A stretch of 20,000 bases of DNA from Malacoraja senta (lineage: Eukaryota). The stretch lies in NCBI GenBank assembly GCA_038087875.1, contig JAXLNO010000648.1:45345-65344 (forward strand), in the 5' to 3' direction. Numbering within the stretch: position 1 is the stretch's first letter; every line of letters begins with the position of its first letter. The notes under the pieces are model-generated. The model did no database searches. It had not been told where the DNA came from and saw only the letters and a list, made by a program, of their open reading frames with translations. Shown here in pieces: positions 1-11,800 of this stretch. The position numbers were made by a program, and so were the translations under genes.

Positions 1-965
1 TCATAATTTATATACCTCTTTAGGGTTCTCCTTCAGCCTCATTTGCTTCAGGGAATACAACCCTCCCCTATCCACTCTCTTCTGAACATCAAGCCCTACA
101 ACTTTCTTGTGAAATTTCTCTACACCTTCTCGAAAACAATTACATTCTTCCTATAGCATGGTGACTAGAACTGCGCACAATATACCAAGTGGGGTATATC
201 TTATACAGCTGTTACATGATGTCCCAACTCCTGTGCCTGACCGATGAAAACATGCATACCATATGGTTTCTTCACCTCCTTGCCTCCCTGTGTTACCATT
301 TGCAGGGAACTGTACTCGTACTCCAAGGTCTCCCTGTTGTACAACATTTACCACACTTCTCTTCAATTTTGTAGTCATCTACAAACTATTAACCATGCCA
401 ACTACATTCTCATCTAAATCATTAACATACATAACAAATAATCGGGAACAACCACCGATCCCTGCAGCACATCACTGGTCACAGGCCTTAAATCTGAAAA
501 ACAATTGTATACTCCACCCTCTGAATCCTACCATATACCATTCTGTATCCAAGTAGCTACTTCACCACAGATCCATGTGATCGAGCCTTCCTGACCAGCC
601 TAGATATGGGACCTTGCTGAAGGCCTTGCTAAACTCCATGTCGACAACGTCTACTGTTCATCATTCTTCTGGTTACATCTTCAAGGAACTCGATCAAACC
701 TGTAGGCATTATTTGCCACGTACAAAGCCATGCTAACGATCCCTAATTAGTCCTTGCCTTTCCAAATGCAGACAGATCCTGCTCTCAGAATCCCCTCCAG
801 TTTCCCACCACCGGCATGAGATTCACCGGCCTGTAGTTCATTGGCTTGTCCTTGCAGCCCTTCTTAAATAAAGATAAAACATTACCCACCCTCCAGGCTT
901 CCAGTACCTTTTCCATGGGTAACAAAGACACAAGATTCTCTGCCAGGGCCCAAGTAAATTTCTTG
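1..965 (-). mobile_element. Degenerate CR1-clade LINE ORF2 (RT to C-terminus) fragment
   Basis: Minus-strand remnants LFKKGCKDKPMNYRPVNL (around 820-875), PHLVYCAQF (around 165-195) and LYSLKQMRLK..EVYK (around 5-60), with many stops and frameshifts. Confidence 0.85.
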
Positions 966-1504
966 CTTTCCTTTACTGACAATGTATTTGCATAACTTAG
1001 ATTGGTCATAGATTTGGTGGATAGATTGGATAATTTGGGTTTAGATTTGGTAGATTTGTTTTCGGAGATTGACTGTCAAGGTTTTCAGATGAACAGTACC
1101 TATTGAATTTACTAATGATGGTATCCTGTTAACTGATTTGCCAGATGAATTTAATACTAATCAGAATTATTGTAGAATTTTGCCCACAAACACATCTGAT
1201 TAATGATACATATCTTTAGTTTGGAATTTCAACTGTGTGGAAATATGATAAAATGGGAGAAGGTGATGCAGCTTTTGTATTTTGGAAAATCTGGATAAAT
1301 TCTAATGATATGGAAAGGGTGCAGGTTTGAACATTGCTTAATATGGATATTTAGTCAGAGTCAGTCAAAGGTGCTGCTTTCCAACTCAAACCTCCTGCTT
1401 AAACTGGGAAGAGAAAGGCCATAAAAAAACAAAAGGATGTGGTTTGATTAGTTTAATCAAGGTAGTTTCATAAAAGTGATGAAAGATCCTTGAATTATAG
1501 AAGG

Positions 1505-1596
1505 ATAGCTGAAACTCTTTGCCATTTCTGCAGCATGTGGGAACTTAACGACACATCATGTAGTCTTTGGGAGCCACATATATGGCAGGTGCCTCA
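1505..1596 (+). mobile_element. Decayed CR1 ORF1 N-terminal zinc-finger remnant
   Basis: Reads IAETLCHFCSMWELNDTSCSL, then after a frameshift GSHIYGRCL. It shares an exact 15-mer (CTGCAGCATGTGGGA, 1528-1542 and 16746-16760) and cysteine spacing with the ORF1 remnant at 16.7 kb. Confidence 0.5.
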
Positions 1597-2049
1597 ACAG
1601 GAGATTCTCTAAGCATTAGGTGTGGATCCTCTCCCATTGCATTCCACCAACTACATCATCTTCACTGCCCTCGGTGTTTCTATTTATGAATTTTGTTTTC
1701 CTCCCAGCAGTTTGAATATTACCTTGATCTAACGTTCACTTATTCCCACTGCTGTGCTTCAAACTCACCAGCTTACATTTTTTTCTCAGTTGCTGTATGT
1801 TCCCCAATAGCAGCTTTCTACAATTAACTTTTTAAACATTAAACTGCTTAATTGACAAGCAGGAAATGTCATTAGAAGAATATACCCTGGAATCAAATTT
1901 GCAAGACCTGCATGTTCATAAAAACACCCTTTTCCCTGCCTGGTAGCAAAAGGTATTGACATATTTCTCAAATCCACTTATGACATAGAAGGAGGCCATT
2001 GGTGTTTATGCCAGGTCCCAGAGTAATAATGTTATTGAGTAACTGAGCA

Positions 2050-2700
2050 ATATAGCTCAGAAACGGGTCCTTGGGTCCAACTCGTCCATACTGACCAAGA
2101 TGTCTAATTAAGCTAGTTCTATTTACCCACATGTGGCACAAATCCCTCAAAATCATTCCTATCCATGTACGTCCAAATGTCTTTTAAAAAATGTTATTGT
2201 ACCTGCCTCAACCACTTTCTCTGGCAACTCATTCCAGATATGCACTCACTTAAACCTATGCCCTCTGGACTCCTTTCGTGTGGAATTTTGACCTCTACAA
2301 GGCCATCCCTCAGGTTCCAATGGTCTAAGCAGGGCATTGTCCAATGTCAATGGTCCAACCTCCCTTTATAACCCAGGCCCCCAAATCCTACCAACATTCT
2401 CACACATTTTCTTTGCACTTTTTCCAAATTGTTACCTATTGCACGGTATCGAAAACTATACACAATACACAAGCATGGCCTCATTAATGTATCACCATTA
2501 ATTCCATTCCTACACAAATATCCTCCTCACCCCCTCTCAAGCAGTCTTTTGCTCAATCTCAAGCTCTTTTCTCTCTCTCTCCCTATCTGCATCCTCCTGT
2601 CCTATTTTTTTGCTGAACACCTCCTATCCTGGAAATGTGTTATCTATTTTTCAGCCATGGTTCAGTTATTGTGACCAGATCATAATCCCACAAGAATATT
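2050..2700 (-). mobile_element. Old CR1 fragments: 3' end and ORF2 C-terminus (about 2050-2490) plus an APE endonuclease N-terminal piece (about 2500-2700)
   Basis: 2050-2240 is the reverse complement of the CR1 3' region also seen at 5700-5935. 2649-2690 on the minus strand reads WDYDLVTITEPWLK, an APE-type endonuclease motif. Confidence 0.75.
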
Positions 2701-3091
2701 TATACTTACAGCTTGGTTGTGGTGAGATTTTACACCTGAATACAAATAAAGTCCATTTATTTCAGAGAAAAACATAAATAGTTAAGTGTGGGTGTGAAAA
2801 TCTGTGTGATTATATTAACGAACGTGGTAAAATTATGTTTTTCTCTTCACAAATGCATAATACCTGCTGATTACTTACATTACTTTGGTCTAAGGAGTAA
2901 CTACATCATTAAAAAAAAAAGTATTTCCAGCATTTATAATGCGGTGCTTTTATGAGATGCAAGTTTCTTTTTGTACTGAAAACTATTCACCAAAACAAAT
3001 TAAGGTTAGTACCGCCTCAGCGCGGACATGCAACTCTTTTTTTTACATCATAACTATCAGTTAGGAGAATGTATCATAATAGTGTGCATAC

Positions 3092-4001
3092 TTGTAAAGT
3101 CATTATTGTTGAGATACAAGTGTTCTAGATTCCTTGAAACGTAGAAGGTTTTAGTGAGTAAGTTGTGACCTAGTTTCAGTTCCATCAGTTTTGAGAGGTT
3201 GAACACACCATATGGAACTTGTTTGAGTTTATTATGTGTCATCCTCAATGAGATGAGATGTGGTGTTTTTCTGAAGTAATTTGCTGGGATAGATGATATG
3301 TAGTTGTTTTCAACTGAAAGTTGTAGTAGAGAAGCTGGAAGGTCTCCGGGCATAGATTTGAGTTTATTACTGCACAGGTTTAACTGTAAGAGACTCTTCA
3401 TTTTTCCAAGATGATTTCCCTTAACTGCACCATCAGGGAGTCTGTTATAGCCAAGATCCAAAATTGTGACATTTATCAGTGAACGGAAAGTATCAGCAGG
3501 TAGTTTAGTAATTCGATTGGAACTGAAATCAATTCTTTTAAGATTATTGGGTAGCGGAGCTGGGACGTCTTCAAGTTTGTTGTGTGCCAGATTAAGAATA
3601 ATCAGATGTTTGAGTTTACCAAAGACACCTTTGGCTATCTTGGAAGACGTCAATTTATTACGACTCAAATTAATTTCTTGAAGCAATGTTGCGTTAACAA
3701 AGGCATTTTCTGGCACACTTTCTATTTCATTGAACTGAAGGAAAAGATATCTCACATGCGCTGGAATATTGGGAATATTTTTGAGTTTTCGATTATCACA
3801 GTACATAGCCAATGGAAATGATGGTATGCACCGACATTCATGGGCACACTCTCTGGGAAATGATCTATAAAGCTCAAGATCTATGGGTGTACGGATGCGT
3901 CGATGATGTTGCGGAGTAGATGGATCATCATTGGTTTCTTTACAAAGAATATTTACACCAAAGAGAAGTATTAAAATTGGCAGCCTTGTGACGAAGGCCA
4001 T
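3092..4001 (-). CDS. OMD: Osteomodulin (osteoadherin)-like class II SLRP, first coding exon (303 codons + 1 nt; partial CDS)
   Basis: Signal peptide MAFVTRLPILILLFGVNILC, class II cysteine cluster CX3CXCX9C (CAHECRCIPSFPLAMYC) and tandem LRRs. Motifs MYCDNRKLKNIPNIP, LQFNEIE, QLNLCSNKL and RNLEHLYL resemble mammalian OMD as recalled. A polypyrimidine tract and AG acceptor at 4025-4024 give an exon start at 4023. A phase-1 donor A|GTATGC at 3091 matches the usual class II SLRP intron position. Four N-X-S/T sequons (NAT, NLS, NVT, NLS). Confidence 0.92.
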
Positions 4002-4675
4002 TCTTATGTTGACGATGTTGTTTCTATTGAAATTAAAATGAAGAAGAGAGAATGGAGAATGAATTATAAAAGAACAATCAATTAATATGACAACATAATC
4101 AGTGACAATGCTACAATCCTCCATTACAGAAACAGATAACATTAATTCTTAAACAAAATGTCCTCCTGTAACCAGATGGAGCAGTTCAGGAATGGCCAAA
4201 ATAACTTGAAGGTCAACCTTCCTTTTAGATGCTTTCTGATCACTGAAACATATTTCGCATTCTGCCTGATTATATAGTATTTGGGCATTATTGATGTATT
4301 TTCACTGGAACAAGATGAAAAATTGATGCTTGTGTATAAAGCATTTTACCTTCAATACTGAAGGGCTACATGACTTATTTCTTACCGCTAAAACTCCCAA
4401 GTTCGTCACCATATTGATGTTTTCAGTCCTTAATTTTATTCTAGGAGCATTGACAGCTCTGATTCATTCTGTCTTATCCAACAAGCTGTTCTTATAATTT
4501 CATATTTACTCAATTCAGGACCCTGTCTAATACTCCTTTACCCTATCTTATCAATATACACTAGAAATTGATGGAGAATCAGGATGTACCAATCAAGCAC
4601 ATTCATTTGCTTGATAAGCAGTTTTTAGAAAGGAAATAACTAAATTACATTTTACGACAAACCAATAAGAACGAC

Positions 4676-4925
4676 TGATGCAGATAAGTATGAGGTGGTA
4701 CATTTTGGCATCAAACCAGGGCAGGATTTTACAGTGAAAGGAAGGTCCCTAGGGCCAGAGGGATCTAGAAGTACAGATACACAGTTCCCTGAAAGTGGTG
4801 ACACATGTACATACTGTGGTAAAGATACATTGGCTTCATTTGTCAGAGTATTCAGAATAGAAATGGGATGTTATGTTACAGTGGTAAAAGATGTAGGTGA
4901 CGCCACATTCGGAGTGTTGTGTTTA
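4676..4925 (+). mobile_element. Old CR1 ORF2 fragment, left part (interrupted by a younger CR1)
   Basis: DADKYEVVHFG, a QRDL-like segment and a PH..CV segment; similarity resumes at about 5404. Confidence 0.75.
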
Positions 4926-4932
4926 CGCTTCC

Positions 4933-5403
4933 AAATGATCCCAGGAATGAGTAGGTTAACATATGATGAGCTTTTGACAGCACTGGGCCTGTACTCGCTG
5001 GAGTTTAGAAGAATGAGGGGGTACCTCATTGAAACTTACATAACAGTGAAAGGCTTGGATATAGTGGATGTGGGGAGGATGTTTCCACTAGTGGGAGAGT
5101 CTAGGACCAGAGGTCATAGACGCAGAATTAAAAGACGTTCTTTTAGGAAGGAGATTAAAAGGAATTTCTTTAGTCCTTTAGTGGTGAATATGTGGAATTC
5201 TTTGCCACAGAAGGCTGTGGAGGCTGTCAGTGGATACTTTTAAGGCAGAGACAGATTATTGATTAATGTGGGTGTCAGAGGTAATGGGGAGAAGGCAGGA
5301 GAATGGGGTAAGGAGCGAGGGATAGATCAGCCATGATTGAATGGTGGAGTAGACTTGATCGGCCAAATGTCCTAATTGTGCTCCCTTGCGATGTTATGAC
5401 ATG
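4933..5403 (+). mobile_element. Younger 5'-truncated CR1 3' end
   Basis: Open frame MIPGMSRLTYDE..LGLYSLEFRRMRG..WNSLPQKAVEA, followed by a 3' UTR (GATCAGCCATGAT..GAATGGTGG) homologous to those near 12620 and 15377. Confidence 0.9.
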
Positions 5404-5938
5404 AAGGATATCATTAAGCTAGAAAGAGTGCAGAGAAGATTTACGAGAATGTTGTCAAGATTCAAGGGCCTGAACCATTGGGAGAGATTGGGCAAGCTAG
5501 GACTTTATTCCTTGGATGTCAGGAGGCTAAAGGGTGATCTTATAGATATGTGTAAAATCATGAGGGGAATTGATGAGGTGAATTTACAGAGTCTGTAATC
5601 CAGGCTTGGGGGATTCAAGAGCCAAAGGACATAGCTTTAAGATGAGAGGAGGGCAAGATTTAACGGAAACCTGAGGGGCATCTTTTTCATTCAGAAGGTG
5701 CTGAATATAGAGAATGTGCTGCCAGGGGAGATAGTTGAGGCAGGTACCATAATAACTTTGAAGAGACGCATCATCTATTATGAATAGAAGTCACTTGGAT
5801 AGGTACATGGATAGGAAAGGTTTAGAGGGATATATGGGCCAAATGAGGGGAAAACGTAACTAGCTTAGATTGAGTATCTTGGTCGGCCTGACGGGTTGGG
5901 GTGAAGGACCTATTTCCGTGCAGCATTATTCTATGACT
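5404..5938 (+). mobile_element. Old CR1 ORF2 C-terminus and 3' UTR, right part
   Basis: KDIIKLERVQRRFTRML..LGLYSL..RRLKGDLI, then a 3' UTR ending TCTATGACT. Confidence 0.88.
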
Positions 5939-7081
5939 ACTGTATCAAACCTGCAGCTACCTTGGCTATGTTTTAAATGTTAATCCTCCAGTGGTAGATT
6001 TTGCAGCTGTGGTTATTAAACATGGTTTTGTTATAGGAGGCAAGCAGTAAGTTGCATTACTGAAAAGGTCACCTGAAGGATCTCTTCTTGTACAATTGGT
6101 TTTACCACAATTAAGTCTGGAATTAATTATGGACAGATTATTTTAAATTTCAGTTCATTTAAACATTTTCTTTTTGTGCAATATCATTCGATAGGATCAT
6201 CATATTTTCTAATCATGGTCATCATATAAAGTGCTCCTGACAGCCAAATCTCAGCTCTCAGGATATTTTTAAAATAGATATTCAGAGCTGTTGAGTTCTG
6301 AATATGGCATCCTTACACTTCTATCAACTACATCAGTGATCTTAAGCATTTTCCGTGAGATCAACTGCATTATCAGCAAAGCCTCAACTGAAGCCAATGC
6401 AGGACAGTACAACCATAAAAATGTTTGTCCTTTTGATGATGATGAGCACTTTCCCAGGCTGCATTTGAAAGTATATATAACGTTTTGGCTCTTACAAATC
6501 AGGTCATCCAGACCCTAGCAAAGTACTTTAGAGGATTATTGTGCACTTGCCTCATTGCCAAAACCTTTTTATGACCATCTGTATTAAACAGATGACGGGA
6601 AGTAACTATATGTGCAGCAAGAGTAGATCATTTTGATCATTTGAATGCCATGAACTTTGCAAGTTTCCTGCAGAATGCAAGGTGTAATATGTATGCAATA
6701 GTTCATTGCAACATTATTCAACCTTAATACTCTCTAAATTATCAGCACATGTCAAATTTAATACAGGAGGTCCAGAAATTTGCTGTCACTGAACATAAAA
6801 AGTTGTTTCTACAAAATCTGTTCCATGGAAACCAACACCATTCTTTCCCTCTTAAGCGATAGGCAAAGTGAGACAATTTACAATATTTGTCATGTTTGAT
6901 CCCAAGCTGAGAATCCATCTTCATATCGGTGCCATTAGTAAGATCATCTTTTTCATTTCTATGACCATGCCTGCTCTGCCCTACCTCAGCTCATTGCCTG
7001 GAACCCATGCCCATGTTCACTTATCATTCAACATGTTGGCTTCCACTCACTCTTAGTCAGGCTATCCTGGGTCTTTGATTG

Positions 7082-7386
7082 GTTGATTGATTTAAAGACA
7101 CAGCATGGAAACAGGTCCTTCGGCCCACCAAGTCCATGTCATCCCCCTATCACCCGTTTACACTATTATCCTACTTTCATATCCACTCTCTATACACTTG
7201 TGGATATTTACAGAGGCCAATTAACCTGCAAACCAACATGTCTTTGGGATGTGGGAGGAAACCGGAGCACCCAGAGGAAACCCACATATGTGCAAACTCC
7301 ACACAGACAGAACCCAAGCTCCGGATCGAACCAGGGACCCTGGTGTGCGAGGCAGCAGTTGTACCAACTGCGACACTATGCTGCCC
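7082..7386 (-). mobile_element. tRNA-derived V-SINE (HE1-like)
   Basis: The minus-strand head has an A-box-like TGTCGCAGTTGG (7375-7364) and a B box GGTTCGATCC (7332-7323). The central V-domain-like core is GTCTGTGTGGAGTTTGCAC..GGGTTTCCTCTGGGTGCTCCGGTTTCCTCCCACATCCCAAAGAC. The LINE-like tail GGGCCGAAGGACCTGTTTCCATGCTGT ends in (TCAA)n. Confidence 0.88.
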
Positions 7387-8136
7387 TTCCTATAGATCGG
7401 CTCATTCAAAATTATACTGTCTGGCTCCGAACTTGCACCAAGATGTGTTTGACCATTGTCCTTATTTGCTCTTAGGCCTACCATGGCAAATAGTAGAGCA
7501 ATGCTTAGATATCAAAAATTTCTCTGTATGCTTTTGCAATTCTTCTAAATATCTACATTTATAAATTCTTGTTTTCAGCCAAAAACTGGGCTTTCTGACA
7601 TTAGTTGTACTGATTTGATAAATGCAAGATTCCTAAGAGACGTGATAAAACTAAAGTCTTCAATTCCTTTCAAATCCAAGTTAAGAATATATTCTGGTCT
7701 TCTGCAGATCAGCAGGGTAGTTTAAAGTACAATGTTCATCAAAGAGTAAAGCACAATTTTGAATACAGATATCAATGTCATCCTGTAATAACAATGAAAA
7801 ATTGTATGGTATTTTGTAAAATGCCATTTGAATCAGTCGACTAGGAGCAGGTTCATCTGATACCAGAGCAACTTCTAATAATGAGACAAATATAACCTTT
7901 TTTTGTTTGGTGAAAAATCAGATAAGACAATTAAATAAAGAATCAGTTACCTTTTAGAAAGTTGGTAGAGGAAAGCACCAAGCAAAATGGTCTTCAAATT
8001 GTCTTATGATGTCTTTGATTGTCAGATTCCTTCCGTTATAGCATTCTTGCCTCTGATACAGGTTTGTGTAAATAGACAACACAGAATATTGAGACAAAAT
8101 CTAGACTGATGGAGATGTTAGACAAATACTCCATTT

Positions 8137-8202
8137 GTCAAGTCAAGTTTATTGTCATGTGCACAAGTACAGTGAGGTACAGGTACAATTAAAATCTTGC
8201 TT
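8137..8202 (-). mobile_element. Short 3' end of a non-LTR retrotransposon (Rex/L2-like)
   Basis: The minus strand ends ...GTGCACATGACAATAAACTTGACTTGAC, i.e. AATAAA followed by a short tandem tail, as recalled for fish LINE 3' ends. Confidence 0.45.
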
Positions 8203-8625
8203 GGGTGAAATATTCTCTGAGAATAAGAGAATAATAGAATGGAATTTCTATTATTCTGGCCAACAATAATCCATCATTCAGTCTCAAAGTAGTTAGTTGA
8301 TCATTTATTTCAGCTTTATTTACAAAACTTTGTTCTGGTGAATTGTATACCATATTTATTTGTATTATGCAATTAAAATCTAAAGTTAATTGACGAGAAA
8401 TGTATCTTAGCTGCTTGAAAATCTAATTAAGAGGATTATAAATTACATTTTATTGATGGTACTTACCCCTCTAGAACAGCTATTGCCATGTTTGATAATG
8501 CAGCCCTCCACATTTATTGCATTGTCTTACATCTTATGTGCTGACTTCCAGGAATGGGACTGAAACCTAAACTTCTGACTCAGTGGTTTCACACAGTTTG
8601 GAGTGAGTGAAATAGCGAATGCTTA

Positions 8626-8875
8626 CATAGAAACATAGACTATAGGTGCAGGAGTAGGCCATTCGGCCCATCGAATGTGATCATGGCTGATCATCCACAA
8701 TCAGTACCCCGATCCTGCTTCTCCCCATACCCCTTGATTCTGTTAGCCCTGTGAGCTCTATCTAACTTTCTTTTGAATGCATCCAGTGAATCGTCCTCCA
8801 CTGCCTTCTGAGGCAGAGAATTCCACAAATTCATAACTATGTGTGAAAAGGTTTTTCCTCATCTCAGTTCTAAAT
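8626..8875 (-). mobile_element. CR1 3' end fragment
   Basis: Reverse complement of the CR1 3' region at 12440-12714 (TAGGTGCAGGAGTAGGCCATTCGGCCC..ATCATGGCTGATCATCC), with a (CTATGTTT)-type tail. Confidence 0.9.
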
Positions 8876-11800
8876 GTGACACAATATGCAACGTCACACA
8901 ATAATCCTAAATTCCATTGTGGAGAGTTCTAATTGAAAAGATGTTTAAACAGGGTGGACAACAAACACATTTTTCCTACATCAGTGTTTATGTCACATTT
9001 GAGTCTGTCAAGTCAACTGGGCCAAAGCTCGTGAATTAGTTCTTTTTCACAGGTGGGAATAGGGGATCTTTAAGGGAATCCTGTCCCAAGTCTCCTCAGC
9101 ATGACCTCCTTTCCTGGCATGTGAAGGTGTAGAGAGAAATTATTCATGATGGACATTCTGTTCAGAATGCTATTGAATTCATGGTTAAGATCCCAATGAT
9201 ATTCAAGGCCCAATGCATCAGGTAGGCAACATAAATATAGGGCCTTGTTAAGTTGGAATTAAATAGAAATGGATAATAAGCTATAATAGATGAGCTATAA
9301 TAACCCTCAAAAAATACTATTTATTTTGTTCTTAATCAAAAACTAAATCTTGATTCCATCAGTTTTGATGACTCCCGTCTCAGCTGTTCAAGATCCTCTT
9401 TTTGAAGTTAGTTAGAAATGCTTGTTGATAATGAATCAGTATTCAATAATGGGAAAATGGGCTGGCAAAACGAATGCATAGGATAATGTGTAGTGGCAAG
9501 ACTTAAGGTTGTTAACATAACAGAGTAATAATGTGGTTCATTTGGTAAATATATCATCTACTGTGGTGTAAGGTATGTTAAAAACATTTCCTGGTCTGTG
9601 AGACCAGTGCAACTGGGGAATTAGTTTTTACTGGAGTTCTCCAAAATGAGGGAGAGTTGGGGTCTGGGGAAAGCAACCTGTAACATTCTGATTGTTGCCA
9701 ATTAACAATTTTTCAAAAGTGTGCTTGTGATTATGCTTAGTCATAACACTCAACATGCCAAATTGTTCAATTATTTATAGCTATTTGCAATCCAGTTTTA
9801 TGCATGAAAAATAATTTGACCATACTAAAAATCAACAGTCATCTATGAAAATTAACTCAAAATATGTAACTTCCTATATATTTTTTCCTACATCCCACTG
9901 TACTTATTGAATTTGATTTTCATTCCTCTGTAGAAAATAGAGAAAAATTATTTTACAAAGAGAAAATTGCTAATTGTTTTATTTTTTCGAATGCGAATCT
10001 ATTATTATATACTTTTTCCTGAGCTTTGAAAATTCTGTTAGATTTACGCATTCCTACGTAATTTGCTCTTCTAATTTTAAGAATATTTGCTTCTTATCAT
10101 TTTAATTATCTTAGTTTTCAAAGAGCTGTTATTAAATTACTATCTTATTTTATTTGAGCTATTTTATTTTTATTTAATAATTGGAGTTAATGACAAATTC
10201 TGCTGGTTGACCATAATCCAATGTGTTCTATATGAAATGCTGTTATTTGTGGATTTTAGCATTTTATCATTGTTGGGTAGAAGTGTTTCTTAATGGTTAA
10301 ATCTATCTTGTGTATGGCTAATAACAAACTGTTTGACAATTGGGGTATATGTAAAATTATGGATTAGAGAATTGAATTAAAGTTTTATATTATATATATA
10401 TAGTTTTCCTTTTCTTGTTCAGCACAATACTTTGGAAAATAAATTGTAGACTTTACACTTCTTGAATGCTGAAATATTTACAGGAAAATTTATAGAAACA
10501 TTTTTTGTCTCATAATTTACAACTTATATGATTTTATTCATGAATTACCATAACTCCCTGACAAACTACTTGAAAACAATCAATTTTGACTAATAATTAA
10601 GTTAATTCTGAAGTATTGCTGAAAATAGGTGAAAACAAAACTCGAACATTTACAAATTCCAGTTGAATGAATGCCTAAATTACCATTGCAGAAATAAAAA
10701 TCCTTCTGGCATGATGCAGTAAATCAGTTTGCTTTGATATTAACTGGAGGGAAAAGAAAATAAAACAAACCTTTTTCTCGTCAGATCATAGCATCAGAAA
10801 ATACCTTTCTTTGAATTGAAGTACTTGACCATCAAGATACATAATTAAACTGCAGTAACATCTAAATATTTATGCAGAATCAACTGAAGCATTTTCTTGG
10901 AGTTTGTGATTATTTTGATGCTGATTCTAAACCATTGTCTGAATACTTTATTAAAATTATATTACTGCCATGCAATAATTTTTACAGAGCTATTCTCAGG
11001 AGCATTCCTAAAATAATTTTTAAAACATAGAAAGTTCACACTGCAATTAAATTTAGAAAATGAAGCTTTTTCCATTATTTAAACATGCCACAGAATCTTA
11101 AATTAATTTTTTTCCTCATGGAAACACATGCAAAATCCCTTTGAATGGCATGCAGACAGATGAATTATTACATAAATGGAAGATGAAATGAATTGCTATT
11201 CTCAGCTTTAGAATAAATCTATTCGTCATACCTGGTAAAATTCTTGGTTGTGGGAAACATTAATCCTGAAATCATTCCCAGACTCTCAGGCAAGATGTTT
11301 CACATAACAAAAATTGTGATATGGTTGCAAAAAAATAGAGCTTTAATATTGATTTTGTTTACTTCGTATATCCTCACCTTAGCAGCAATGCTCAGCTGTT
11401 GGTGTCTTCATTGTATAGATTAATCCGGAAACCAAAAGCCATTTGCTCAGTGACTGTAGCTCAGCTTTATGGTTAAATGTTTTTGTCAGTTTACGTGTAT
11501 AAGGAATCTGGAATATTTCCTTTGAGACGACACATAAGGAATTAATCGAGAAGTTAAATGGAACAATGTGGGTTGGGTTTATTCTTGTCTCCAGATATGC
11601 CAAGTGTATTTGACTGTTAATTCAATTGAGTTGTTCATGAAGTCCAAAGCAATAACCTTTTCACTGATGTAATTTGATGATCCTTAAACACAGCTCAGGA
11701 AAATTTGAAAAAAAAAAAATCTTTGCAAGGGCCTCTTAGCCATGCTAATGAGAAACTCAGAAAGCACCACAAAGCCGCTCCCAGCCATGAATTTCTACTG

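Noticed and set aside
997..1058. Degenerate (TAGATTTGG)-like short repeat
   Set aside because: It is a short decayed simple repeat with no evidence of function.
1000..3050. Final OMD coding exon
   Set aside because: I found no minus-strand segment resembling the C-terminal cysteine pair or final LRR by eye. It probably lies left of the window.
4002..4142. 47-aa N-terminal extension of the 361-aa ORF
   Set aside because: It runs through the polypyrimidine tract and acceptor at 4024. The signal peptide begins at the ATG at 4001.
6008..6109. RUNX site pairs (TGTGGTT 6008, ACCACA 6104; also 9532 and 9562) as osteogenic enhancers
   Set aside because: Hexamers occur at about this frequency by chance, so they cannot be supported without conservation or chromatin data.
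7320..7386. tRNA gene
   Set aside because: The A and B boxes belong to a SINE head that continues into a V-domain core and LINE-like tail.
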